This document shows positions 10,082 through 18,692 of a stretch of 64,000 nt of DNA, one piece after another. The position numbers were made by a program, and so were the translations under genes. Positions within the stretch are counted from its first letter, which is position 1. Every line of letters begins with the position of its first letter. Under the pieces are notes generated by a model, which had not been told where the DNA came from, searched no databases, and saw only the letters and a program-made list of their open reading frames with translations. Source of the DNA: Candidatus Undinarchaeota archaeon (GTDB lineage Archaea; SpSt-1190; JASMDC01); assembly GCA_964519305.1 (NCBI GenBank), contig CAZFHY010000009.1, positions 32,001 through 96,000 on the forward strand, in the 5' to 3' direction.

Positions 10082-10654
10082 GTGGTATTCATAGGGGAGA
10101 AGGAGCGGGATACCGAGGGAATCGAATTCTACCGCCGCATGTCCCAGAAGCGGCCCGACTACGCTCACACTTGGTACCGTCAGGGCAACATGCACGCGCT
10201 CAACGAGGAGTACCAGAAGGCCATAGACTGCTACATGAAGGTCTTGGAGACACGCCCCGACCACGTCAATGCCCTCAACAACATCGGTAATGCCTACATG
10301 GCCAAGAAGATGTACAAGCAGGCCATCGACCACTACCGCAAGGCGCTCGAGCTCAATCCAATGGACGAGCTTGCCTGGGGGAACCGGGGCATCGCCCATG
10401 GTTTCCTCGGTGAGTACAAAGAGGCAATCCACTGCTTCGAACAGGCCCTGAAGTTCAATGATGAGAACGTCAAGGTCCTGAGCAACATGGGCATCACGTA
10501 TTTCAACAAGGGTGAGCACATCGAGGCGCGGAAGTGTTTCAGCAAGGTGCTCGAAATCAGTCCCGATGACGAACTGGCTCTCTCGTGCCTGTCACGCATG
10601 AAGGATGATGAAGAGGAGTCCAAGCGAGGCCTCCTCAGCAGGTTCTTCTCATAG
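10082..10654 (+). CDS. Tetratricopeptide repeat protein
   Basis: Four canonical TPRs (W..G....Y.KA..CY.K.L...P). Start uncertain: GTG 10082 or ATG 10139. Confidence 0.88.
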   Translation: MVFIGEKERDTEGIEFYRRMSQKRPDYAHTWYRQGNMHALNEEYQKAIDCYMKVLETRPDHVNALNNIGNAYMAKKMYKQAIDHYRKALELNPMDELAWGNRGIAHGFLGEYKEAIHCFEQALKFNDENVKVLSNMGITYFNKGEHIEARKCFSKVLEISPDDELALSCLSRMKDDEEESKRGLLSRFFS

Positions 10655-10756
10655 AACGTCAATATCCCTTCCTAATTCGTAATAGACTCTTGTTTACCCG
10701 TTAATATCGACCAATAGAAACAGCACTAGAGGTAGCATCTGTTTTTAATATGGATT

Positions 10757-10790
10757 TATTCACTACTCTTGAATAGTAACATATATAAAC
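10757..10790 (+). promoter_or_regulatory. Palindromic operator candidate TATTCA-N7-TGAATA just upstream of a TATA box (TATATAAA)
   Basis: Inverted repeat at 10757-10775 in an AT-rich intergenic region, followed by ATATATAAAC about 30 nt before ATG 10819. Confidence 0.5.
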
Positions 10791-10818
10791 CTCTGCTGAC
10801 TAGATAGTATCGGATCCA

Positions 10819-12405
10819 ATGACATATTCTCTCGAGGTAGCCCACGATGCTTCCTATGGCGCCCTTACTGAGGGTTCCTCTGTGACCATCGTCGGCGGCG
10901 GCCCTGGCGGGGTGGCCGCTGCTCTATACCTCCAGAAAGAGCGGCCTGACCTGGACATCAATGTCCTCGAATACCGGGACGAACGGAAGTCGCTCATGCC
11001 GGCCTGTGGCTCCTGCAAGGGTGGCGGTGGTGTCATGCCCGGTCAGGTGCTCAGCACCCTGGAAGAGGACCTTGGGATATCCGTACCCGACCGCCTCATC
11101 ATGAACCGCTACGCTGGCTACGATTTCCATCGCCTCGGTGCGGACAAGTCCTACTCGATGTCCATGCCGACGGCCGAGGTCATGCCTGGGGCCGACAAGG
11201 AGTACGGCACCGTATCAGTGTACCGTGGTAACGGACCTGCCCGCTTTAGCGGGGAGGAGCCCATCGGCTTCGATGCCTACCTCAGGAAGGAGGCGAACGA
11301 CAGGGGCATCAAGTTCACGTACGGGAGCGTGAACGACATCATCGTCCCCGAGTCACTGGACGGCAAGGTCATGGTGAACTACAAGCCCACGGGCAAGGGC
11401 GATGACCTCACGTTCGCCACCGACCTCCTCATCAACGCCGCCGGTGTCAAGGGCTCACAGCTCACCCGCATGGGCTACATGGACGATTCAGGCGCCCTGC
11501 AGTACCGTGACCGCGGTATCTCGCCCCGCTCCAGGACCTTCGGGCAGTTCGAGATCAAGCTCCCAAAGGCGGACGTGGAGTCCTACTTCGGTGATACCAT
11601 CTCGGTGTATACCGGGATCCCCAACTCCGAGTTCGTCGCCGTTACCCCCAAGTTCCCCGGACCGCAGAAGGTGAAGGGGAAGGACGGGTCCACGAAGGAA
11701 GTGGACTACGGTTACCTCTCGATCACCCTCGCGCTCGATCCCAGAAAGGAGAAAGAGCTCGATAATCTAGGCTCCGAGAAGGAAGTGCGAAGTGCCTACA
11801 CCCAGCAGCTCATGGGGCTGGAGAAGGCTCTGCTGGAGCACCCCGGATTCTCGTACAAGGTCGAAAACCGCATCGAGGACCGACCGTTCCACTGCCTCTG
11901 CCAGCCCTCTGCGCCCGTCTCCGCTTCGGAGAAACCCTTCGAGGACAGGTACGTGGAGATCGGCGACGCCGGTGGCGCCATCCGCTACGGTAAGAACGGC
12001 ATTGGCCACTCCATCCTCTCCGCCAGGTCGGCCGTGGAGAGCATCCTTGAGCGGGGTGTGTCAGAAAAGGCATTCCGCGACGGCTACTACACCGACTTCA
12101 TCAAGCCGCTCGAACGCGACAACGCCGTGGGCAAGGCGATGTTCGGCGCCAACAGGGTCGTGGCGGGCAACGACGTCCTCTCAGGCCTGTTCTACAGCAC
12201 GGCCAACAGTCCCGTGGGCAAGCCGATCAAGAAGATGGCCTACCGCATGGCCCGGGGTCACTACGGCGAGGACAGCTACAAGAGCATCGTTGGTAATGCC
12301 GTCGTCGACGCTGTCAAGCTGCCCTACGAGCTCGCCGGGCGCGCCATCAACTCCGCCGTGGACAAGTACCATGACTGGCGGGAACGACGCAACAGTGACG
12401 AGTAG
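10819..12405 (+). CDS. FAD-dependent oxidoreductase (geranylgeranyl reductase-like fold)
   Basis: IVGGGPGG Rossmann motif with E, CGSCKGGGG, NAAGV, IGDAGG and GIGHS. Confidence 0.8.
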   Translation: MTYSLEVAHDASYGALTEGSSVTIVGGGPGGVAAALYLQKERPDLDINVLEYRDERKSLMPACGSCKGGGGVMPGQVLSTLEEDLGISVPDRLIMNRYAGYDFHRLGADKSYSMSMPTAEVMPGADKEYGTVSVYRGNGPARFSGEEPIGFDAYLRKEANDRGIKFTYGSVNDIIVPESLDGKVMVNYKPTGKGDDLTFATDLLINAAGVKGSQLTRMGYMDDSGALQYRDRGISPRSRTFGQFEIKLPKADVESYFGDTISVYTGIPNSEFVAVTPKFPGPQKVKGKDGSTKEVDYGYLSITLALDPRKEKELDNLGSEKEVRSAYTQQLMGLEKALLEHPGFSYKVENRIEDRPFHCLCQPSAPVSASEKPFEDRYVEIGDAGGAIRYGKNGIGHSILSARSAVESILERGVSEKAFRDGYYTDFIKPLERDNAVGKAMFGANRVVAGNDVLSGLFYSTANSPVGKPIKKMAYRMARGHYGEDSYKSIVGNAVVDAVKLPYELAGRAINSAVDKYHDWRERRNSDE

Positions 12406-12461
12406 CCCGAAGCGTGAACACGCCCCGGGCAGTCCCCGTCAATTGTCCTTTCTATCCGTTC

Positions 12462-14063
12462 TCACGCATTCTCGTGCTCGCTGAAGGCCATGGCCTTCCA
12501 GTCCTTGCCCTTGAGCACGCGGCCCAGGATCTCCATTGCCTCCGACTTCGGTCGGGGGTAGGTGAACCCGATCTCCTTGATCTTGTTATCATAGTCCGCG
12601 GCGATCTCGTCCAGCGAGTAACCAGCGGCAGCGGCCTCGGCGGCCAAGCGCGCGGCCCAGGCGCCGTCCAGAGTACCGTAGCCGTGGATGCCTCCGCCCA
12701 TGGTGGTGACTGTGTCGGTGCCGAACATCTTGGCCAGCTCGATCAGGTGCTTGGGGTAGAGACCTCCCGAGTTGACGGGCATCACGGGGCGCATGCCGTA
12801 CCACTTCTGCGGGAAGAACCAGTTGTACTCGCCCTCCTCGACCTCGGGCACGTAGTCCTCCTGGCTGATGCAGTGGGCGTAGTTGAGGATCTCGGACTTG
12901 TCACCCTCCATCTTGCCCACAACGGTGCCGATGTGCAGCTCGTCGATACCCGCCAGGCGGCAGCACTTGGCGATCACCATCATGTCCACCCCGTGCATGG
13001 GGGTGCGAGCGAAGCTGGCGTGCATGGCGCGGTGGCCGTGGATGAGGAGCGGCGGACCGTGCTCGCGCAGGGTCTGGACCGCAGTGAACCCGCCGGTGAT
13101 TATGTCGATCATGCACCCGATGGCCCCCATCTCCTTGACGAAGTAGGCCTTCTCCAGCATGTCCATGGCGCTACCGGAGGTGACGTTTGCCACGTAAAGC
13201 TTGCGCTGGTCGATGCCCTTGGCCTTGTGCTCGGCCTCGACCTCCTCGATACGCTTGAAGGACAGGTAGGCCCTAAGGTAATAGGGATCGAACTCCTGGT
13301 CGGTGAGGTTCTCGTCATCCTTGACCACGGAGCAGTACTTGAAGGTCTTGTACAGCACCTCGGCCTGCTCGTCGGCGAAGAGCCCGGTCTTGGGCTTGGG
13401 GATGGTCCCCACCAGGGTGTGGCCATGGGTCTTGGTGACCTCACGGATCCCGGGGATACCGAAACGGGGTCCGGGGAACGTGGCGATGTACTCGGGGGGC
13501 ATGTGGAAGTCCATCACCTTGATGTACTCCACGGCCTTCATGGCCAGGATGTTACCGGTGATGCAGCTGAAGAGCTGGGGAATGCTCCCCGGCTCGAAAA
13601 GGGCCAGCGGGTAGGCCACCTTGACGTGACCGGCCTTGCCGTCGACCTCGGGGATGCACTCGTACACGGTGCCCGCGAGGCTCAGGGTGTAGGAGGTCTC
13701 GGTCTGGACGTCGGTCCAGGTGCCCGTCGACGACTCTAGCGTGACGTGGTTGGCGGCCTCTTCCAGGGTCTCCCCCTTGGGGGGCGTGACCTTGAACGAT
13801 GCCAAGAGGTATTTCTCCGGCTGCTTGCTGGGCTCGAACCCGATGTCTAGGAACCGGACGAGAGTGTCCTTCTCCTGGAGCCGGGCGGCCTTCTTGACCT
13901 GTGACTCGGTGAGTGTGGGGCGCTTCCAGGTGAAGGGTTTTGCGCGCTCGTCCTGCATCTTGCGAAGGGTCGCGAACATCGTGTCCCTTGCACGAGCCCG
14001 GGCCTCGTCGATATCCTTGCCGATGGCGCTGTTGAGCACTCCGTTCGCGTCGGTGATTTCCAT
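12462..14063 (-). CDS. rbcL: RuBisCO large subunit, form III-like, with N-terminal extension
   Basis: ESSTGTW, GN, GTIPKPK, KDDE, HGHRAMH, HIGTVVGKMEG, SGG and GGG are all present. Confidence 0.93.
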   Translation of the reverse strand: MEITDANGVLNSAIGKDIDEARARARDTMFATLRKMQDERAKPFTWKRPTLTESQVKKAARLQEKDTLVRFLDIGFEPSKQPEKYLLASFKVTPPKGETLEEAANHVTLESSTGTWTDVQTETSYTLSLAGTVYECIPEVDGKAGHVKVAYPLALFEPGSIPQLFSCITGNILAMKAVEYIKVMDFHMPPEYIATFPGPRFGIPGIREVTKTHGHTLVGTIPKPKTGLFADEQAEVLYKTFKYCSVVKDDENLTDQEFDPYYLRAYLSFKRIEEVEAEHKAKGIDQRKLYVANVTSGSAMDMLEKAYFVKEMGAIGCMIDIITGGFTAVQTLREHGPPLLIHGHRAMHASFARTPMHGVDMMVIAKCCRLAGIDELHIGTVVGKMEGDKSEILNYAHCISQEDYVPEVEEGEYNWFFPQKWYGMRPVMPVNSGGLYPKHLIELAKMFGTDTVTTMGGGIHGYGTLDGAWAARLAAEAAAAGYSLDEIAADYDNKIKEIGFTYPRPKSEAMEILGRVLKGKDWKAMAFSEHENA

Positions 14064-14240
14064 GATGATTCTCCTCGTTGGAAGGGGTGGACACGTCCAG
14101 TGTCTTTTAAAGGGTCCCTAGGGGGTGGCCCGTGGTCACCTAGAGCACGGCCGAGAAATATGCGAAAATAGAAGGATTCCGGGGCCTGGAGGCGAAAGAT
14201 TTAAGAACCGCCTGACATACTCTGTCACACTAGGGGCAAC

Positions 14241-16061
14241 ATGGGGAAAGAATCACCCTCCGAGAAGAAGCATCAGCAACCCGATCGGCCGCCGATATAC
14301 ATCGCTTTCGAGTGGCACATGCACCAGCCCATCTACCGCCCCTACGAGACCGTAACCGAGACAATGAACGGCGGCAAGAAGGTCAACTCGATCAAGGGCA
14401 CGATGCCTGACGGGAAGGGCACGCCCGACCTTAAGGAGATCTTCTACTCTCGGTGGGGCCCCTACACCACATGGGTGGCCGATGCCATCGAGTCAGGCAA
14501 GGACGCAGGGCTCGCCGACCTTGGAGCCAGCATGAGCTTCTCCGGCTCGCTCATCGAGAACCTCAATGCGCTGGAGGAGGCCGATCCCAACGGCCCGTTC
14601 AAGGACTGGGCGGACCGCTTCATCGAGGCCCGACACTGGGAGACATCGGAGGGCAATCCACGGCTAGACATCGTCGGGTTCGGGTACCACCACCCCCTCA
14701 TGGGGCTCATCGAGTACGACGACATCCGTCGGTCTGTGCAGGACCACAAGCAGATCGTCGCCGAGACCTTCGGTGACGACGTGGCGTACTCCAAGGGCAT
14801 CTTCCCGCCCGAGAACGCCTTCTCCGAACGCATGATCCCCGCTCTCGTTGATGAGGGCTTCGAATGGGCGCTCATCGACAACGTCCACCTGGAGCGGGCG
14901 TGCGAGAACTACCCCTACACCACCGGCTCCAACCTCAAGCCACCGAACCCGGCCGACCAGCAGAACCCCGATCCAGACGATTGGGTCCAGCTCAACGGCC
15001 TCTGGTCACCCGGGAAGGTGTCCGGCGGGTTCGCCCACCGGCCCCACTGGGTCGAGTACACCGACGCCAACGGTAAGACCTCGAAGATGATCGGTGTGTT
15101 CGCGGACCGGTACCTTGGCACCGAGGACGCCCGGGGCGGTTTCGGAGCGTTGAACTATGAACACGTTATGAGCCAGCTAGAGAAGTTCAACACAGATCCC
15201 GATCATCCTATTCTCATCGTGCTCCCCCACGACGGGGACAACTACGGCGGCGGTTCCGACTCATACTACCACCACAACTTCCAGCGGTTCGTCCAGTGGC
15301 TGCAGGCCAATCCGGACCGCTTCCAGTGCACGACCGTCCAGGACTATCTGGACAAGTTCCCCGTGGCCGACAACGATGTGGTCCATGTGGAACCGGGCTC
15401 CTGGAGCGGTGCGGACAACGGCGATCCCGAGTTCAAGAAATGGAACGGGGACCCGGTCAACGGCTACTCGCCCGACCGCAACTCCTGGGCCGTCATCGTC
15501 GCTGCAAAGAACCGCGTTAAGACGGCGGAGGCCATCGATCCAAAGGCTCCCGAGACGAAGGAGGCCTGGCGGTTCCTGGACGTGGGGCAGACCTCATGCT
15601 ACTGGTACTGGGACGGCAACACCGAGTGGGACTCGAACCCCACGCTGGCCGCTAATCAGGCGGTCGAGCAGGCGGACAAGGTCATCGGACAGGGCCCCGA
15701 CACCGTCGGACCCTCCCTCTACCTCCCCCAGCGCGATCCCTACAACCCGGGCGGTCTCGGGTGGGGCAACCAGCCCGAACCTGAGGACGTGCGCATCTGG
15801 ACGCTCGGGTACGATGTGTCTGGGATTGAGCGGGTCGACCTGAAGTACCGCGAGATTGGCGCACAGGACTGGCAGAGCGCGTCGATGGCAGCGAGCCCGA
15901 TGCCGGCCCCCAAGACGGATCCGCAACCGGTCTACCGCGGCGAGGAGTACGGCGCGGAGCTCACAGGGCTCCACGACGTGACCATCGAGTACTATGTCGA
16001 GGCCGAGGACGCGCTCGGGAACGTCTCCCAGACGGACGTCCAGCAGGTCTACATCGAGTGA
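14241..16061 (+). CDS. Glycoside hydrolase family 57 (amylase/amylopullulanase-like)
   Basis: WHMHQP, YHHPL, FPPENAF (nucleophile region), HDGDN and GSW. Confidence 0.88.
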   Translation: MGKESPSEKKHQQPDRPPIYIAFEWHMHQPIYRPYETVTETMNGGKKVNSIKGTMPDGKGTPDLKEIFYSRWGPYTTWVADAIESGKDAGLADLGASMSFSGSLIENLNALEEADPNGPFKDWADRFIEARHWETSEGNPRLDIVGFGYHHPLMGLIEYDDIRRSVQDHKQIVAETFGDDVAYSKGIFPPENAFSERMIPALVDEGFEWALIDNVHLERACENYPYTTGSNLKPPNPADQQNPDPDDWVQLNGLWSPGKVSGGFAHRPHWVEYTDANGKTSKMIGVFADRYLGTEDARGGFGALNYEHVMSQLEKFNTDPDHPILIVLPHDGDNYGGGSDSYYHHNFQRFVQWLQANPDRFQCTTVQDYLDKFPVADNDVVHVEPGSWSGADNGDPEFKKWNGDPVNGYSPDRNSWAVIVAAKNRVKTAEAIDPKAPETKEAWRFLDVGQTSCYWYWDGNTEWDSNPTLAANQAVEQADKVIGQGPDTVGPSLYLPQRDPYNPGGLGWGNQPEPEDVRIWTLGYDVSGIERVDLKYREIGAQDWQSASMAASPMPAPKTDPQPVYRGEEYGAELTGLHDVTIEYYVEAEDALGNVSQTDVQQVYIE

Positions 16062-16071
16062 GGGATAAGAG

Positions 16072-16170
16072 ATGAAGCTGCGCGACATGTTCTTCACAGC
16101 GGCCCTTTGCCTCAACTTCTACGTGCTCTGGGGACCTGTTGGCGTGCTGGACTTGTACGACCTCCTTTGA
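16072..16170 (+). CDS. Putative 32-aa hydrophobic micro-protein
   Basis: MKLRDMFFTAALCLNFYVLWGPVGVLDLYDLL, starting 10 nt after the GH57 stop behind a purine-rich RBS-like sequence. Confidence 0.4.
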   Translation: MKLRDMFFTAALCLNFYVLWGPVGVLDLYDLL

Positions 16171-16366
16171 GGGCAGACCTCTCCCGCAGGGGGATTCCCG
16201 ACATTACCAATCCCGCGTATGGTCAGCACCGCATTGACGCCCAAATGTGACCGTGAAAGGACGGACCGCGGACAGTGTATGATCTGCCCCGTTCTTGCTC
16301 AGACCGCCCAAAAGATAACTATTTAAGTGCCCCTAAATACTTAGGGGCTCCTAAAGGTGCATTATT

Positions 16367-16720
16367 ATGTACGACATCAGCGAACTTGAATCGATCGGGT
16401 ACGACTCAACCTGCGTGACCGATGAGGTCACGTACACTGACGACCTCTCCGGTGAGATGCTCGTCGGTAGTGCCATCGGTGGGGCGATATTGGGCTACGC
16501 GGTCGGTAACGGTGTTGGTCGCCTGGGTGCATGGTGGGCCGAGAAGACCGAAGCAGGGATCCAGAAAGCGGGACTTATCTCAGGTCTCAAGGGCGCCGGT
16601 ATCGGGGCCCTAGCGGCCGGTGGGACCTACGTTGTTGCCGATGCCCTGCACGGGAGTAGCAATGGTGGCGGGGAAGAAGAATCCGCCAATGACTGGACGC
16701 ACTACATGCGCGACGAATGA
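16367..16720 (+). CDS. Small Gly-rich hydrophobic protein with an acidic leader (family member 1)
   Basis: MYDISELESIGYD...TYTDDLSG leader followed by two glycine-zipper-like segments; own TATA box upstream. Confidence 0.75.
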   Translation: MYDISELESIGYDSTCVTDEVTYTDDLSGEMLVGSAIGGAILGYAVGNGVGRLGAWWAEKTEAGIQKAGLISGLKGAGIGALAAGGTYVVADALHGSSNGGGEEESANDWTHYMRDE

Positions 16721-16777
16721 TGATATGGGAGGCTGCGAGCGAACAGCATAAAAGTTTCGCCCCCACCCTCATCATCC

Positions 16778-17350
16778 ATGGAGGAAATCCTTCAGGACCA
16801 TCAGTCACGCATCAACAAGAGCCGCCGCACGGTGGTAGTGTGCCACGGCGACTCTCTTACCTGGGGCTTCATGGTCAACCGGGAGGATTGCTATCCTGCA
16901 CGCCTTGAGCGCCACCTGGGCGGTGACTGGCAGGTCATCAACACGGGCCAGAACGGTGACACCGCAGAAGGCGGGCTCACCCGGCTCACTCGCGAAGCGC
17001 TCCCCAATAACCCGCGTCTCGTCATAATAGGGTTCGGCACCAACGACTTCTACGACGGCGTCCCATCCAAGCGAGTGTTCGCAGCGATGGACGAGATGGT
17101 CGGACGCGTACTAGCTGATGGCTCAGAGGTCATCCTATGGGGATTCCCGCACTCCCAGGCGTACGGTCAGGGGTACGAGTTCATCGCGCGCAAGCATAAG
17201 GTCCCGCTCCTCGACTATCTGCACGATGATATCTATGGCCAGCAGGGGAACGTGTTCCCCGACGGAGTACACCTCACGGCCAGCGGGTATGCTGCAGTAG
17301 AGGCACGGGTCCTGCCGGTGGTCAGACGGGTGCTGGGGCTCGACGCCTGA
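16778..17350 (+). CDS. SGNH/GDSL hydrolase (arylesterase-like)
   Basis: GDSLT, G-NGDT, GTND and DGVH blocks. Confidence 0.92.
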   Translation: MEEILQDHQSRINKSRRTVVVCHGDSLTWGFMVNREDCYPARLERHLGGDWQVINTGQNGDTAEGGLTRLTREALPNNPRLVIIGFGTNDFYDGVPSKRVFAAMDEMVGRVLADGSEVILWGFPHSQAYGQGYEFIARKHKVPLLDYLHDDIYGQQGNVFPDGVHLTASGYAAVEARVLPVVRRVLGLDA

Positions 17351-17351
17351 G

Positions 17352-18629
17352 CTACTCGATGTTGGCGTGACGCTTCTTCATTTTCTCAGAAGTCTCGCTG
17401 AGCGCCTGCTGGAGGTTGAACACGACGCCCTCAAGGAATATGAGCGAGAGGATCTCGAACAATGAGCCCATGGGCGTCAGCTCCTCGATCTGCGAGGTTA
17501 GCTGGCGGGCGATGTACGACACCTCCTTGGACTCGCGCACCCTGCCGTGTATGAGGAACACAATCTCGGCCAGCTTGCTTAGCGTGCCCTCGGGATTGGA
17601 GGTGATGGCGACGACCGTGGCACCGTTGCCGTGGGCTGCCTGGATGGGGGCGATAGTGAGGCTGGTCTCTCCCGAGCCGGAGATACCGACGATGACGTCG
17701 TCAGCTTCCACGGCGGGCATTGTCACTTCGCCGATCACATGGACACGAAGCCCCATGTGCATGAGCCGCATCCCGAAGGCGGCCCCCACCAGCCGTGAGC
17801 GTCCGGTCCCGCATACGTACACCTTGCGGTCTTTCTCGCGTGCGTCCTTGATCAGCTCGACGAACCGGTCGATCGCCTTTCCATCTAGCTCCTCGGCCAG
17901 CTTGCTCGCCTGGCTGGCATAGAAGCGCATGGTCATCCCCACGGGGACGCTGAAGGCGACGTGGCGCATCCTCGAGATTATGGTGCGTGCGGTTGTCTGG
18001 GGGTCTTTGGACTCGCGTAGCGCCCGGCCGATGACGAGTCGCTGGGCCCCGTTCATCAGCACCCGTTCAACGTGCTCCTCGTCCAGAGCACCCGCGGCGA
18101 TGACGGGGATGGTCAGCTCCCGTGATACCTGCTCGATCTCCTGGAAGGGATCGACGGTGCGCTTGGTATGGAAGCTCGTATGGACCACGACCGCGTCCAC
18201 GCCGAGCTGCTCGGCCTCTTTCGCCTTCTCAACGACGCTGCGCTCCTTGTCCACGTGCGAGAGGTCCATGTAGACCTTCACGCCCTCGTTCTTTGCGTAC
18301 TGGAGAATCGTCTTGACGATGTGTGGGGCATGGTGAGCTGTGATGATTATCGCATGAGCGCCGAACTCCCTGATTGCGCGGATCGTCTTGAACTCCTCGA
18401 TGTGCTTCAGGTCGGCCACGACCTCGAAGGGTTCCCCACGTTCTGCAAAGGTCCCATGAAGACGGCCGAGCACGTACCGCGTCCCGAGGGTCTGAAGGGT
18501 GTGGTGGTCCACCTCGAAGATACGGGCACCACCAGCCCACAGCTCGTCAGCGAGCGCGATCAGCGCGTCGATGTCGTAGCTGTCGTCCACCTTCAGATAG
18601 ACCTGGAGTTCCGGCTTCGTAGTCTCCAT
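17352..18629 (-). CDS. Fused 3-hexulose-6-phosphate synthase-like / 6-phospho-3-hexuloisomerase (HPS-PHI)
   Basis: The C-terminal SIS domain is canonical PHI (GTGRS..VG.AFGMRLMH.G, ISGSGET, PMGSLFE, HANIE). The N-terminal OMPDC/HPS barrel has ADLK but degenerate motifs. Confidence 0.85.
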   Translation of the reverse strand: METTKPELQVYLKVDDSYDIDALIALADELWAGGARIFEVDHHTLQTLGTRYVLGRLHGTFAERGEPFEVVADLKHIEEFKTIRAIREFGAHAIIITAHHAPHIVKTILQYAKNEGVKVYMDLSHVDKERSVVEKAKEAEQLGVDAVVVHTSFHTKRTVDPFQEIEQVSRELTIPVIAAGALDEEHVERVLMNGAQRLVIGRALRESKDPQTTARTIISRMRHVAFSVPVGMTMRFYASQASKLAEELDGKAIDRFVELIKDAREKDRKVYVCGTGRSRLVGAAFGMRLMHMGLRVHVIGEVTMPAVEADDVIVGISGSGETSLTIAPIQAAHGNGATVVAITSNPEGTLSKLAEIVFLIHGRVRESKEVSYIARQLTSQIEELTPMGSLFEILSLIFLEGVVFNLQQALSETSEKMKKRHANIE

Positions 18630-18692
18630 GCTCCTCGCTTTTTGGAAGCTAGGGGAAGGGTTAAAAGACTAAGCCTCCCCCTCTGCCCTGCC

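Noticed and set aside
12414-13739. 441-aa plus-strand ORF
   Set aside because: Antisense shadow of RuBisCO.
16171-16289. Possible 5S rRNA (about 120 nt with a closing stem)
   Set aside because: It lacks the conserved CCGAAC loop and other 5S motifs; kept only as a weak structured-RNA candidate.
18168-18692. Long N-terminal extension of PAN in the ORF track
   Set aside because: It overlaps HPS-PHI on the opposite strand; the real start is near 18693, after a TTAAAA box.
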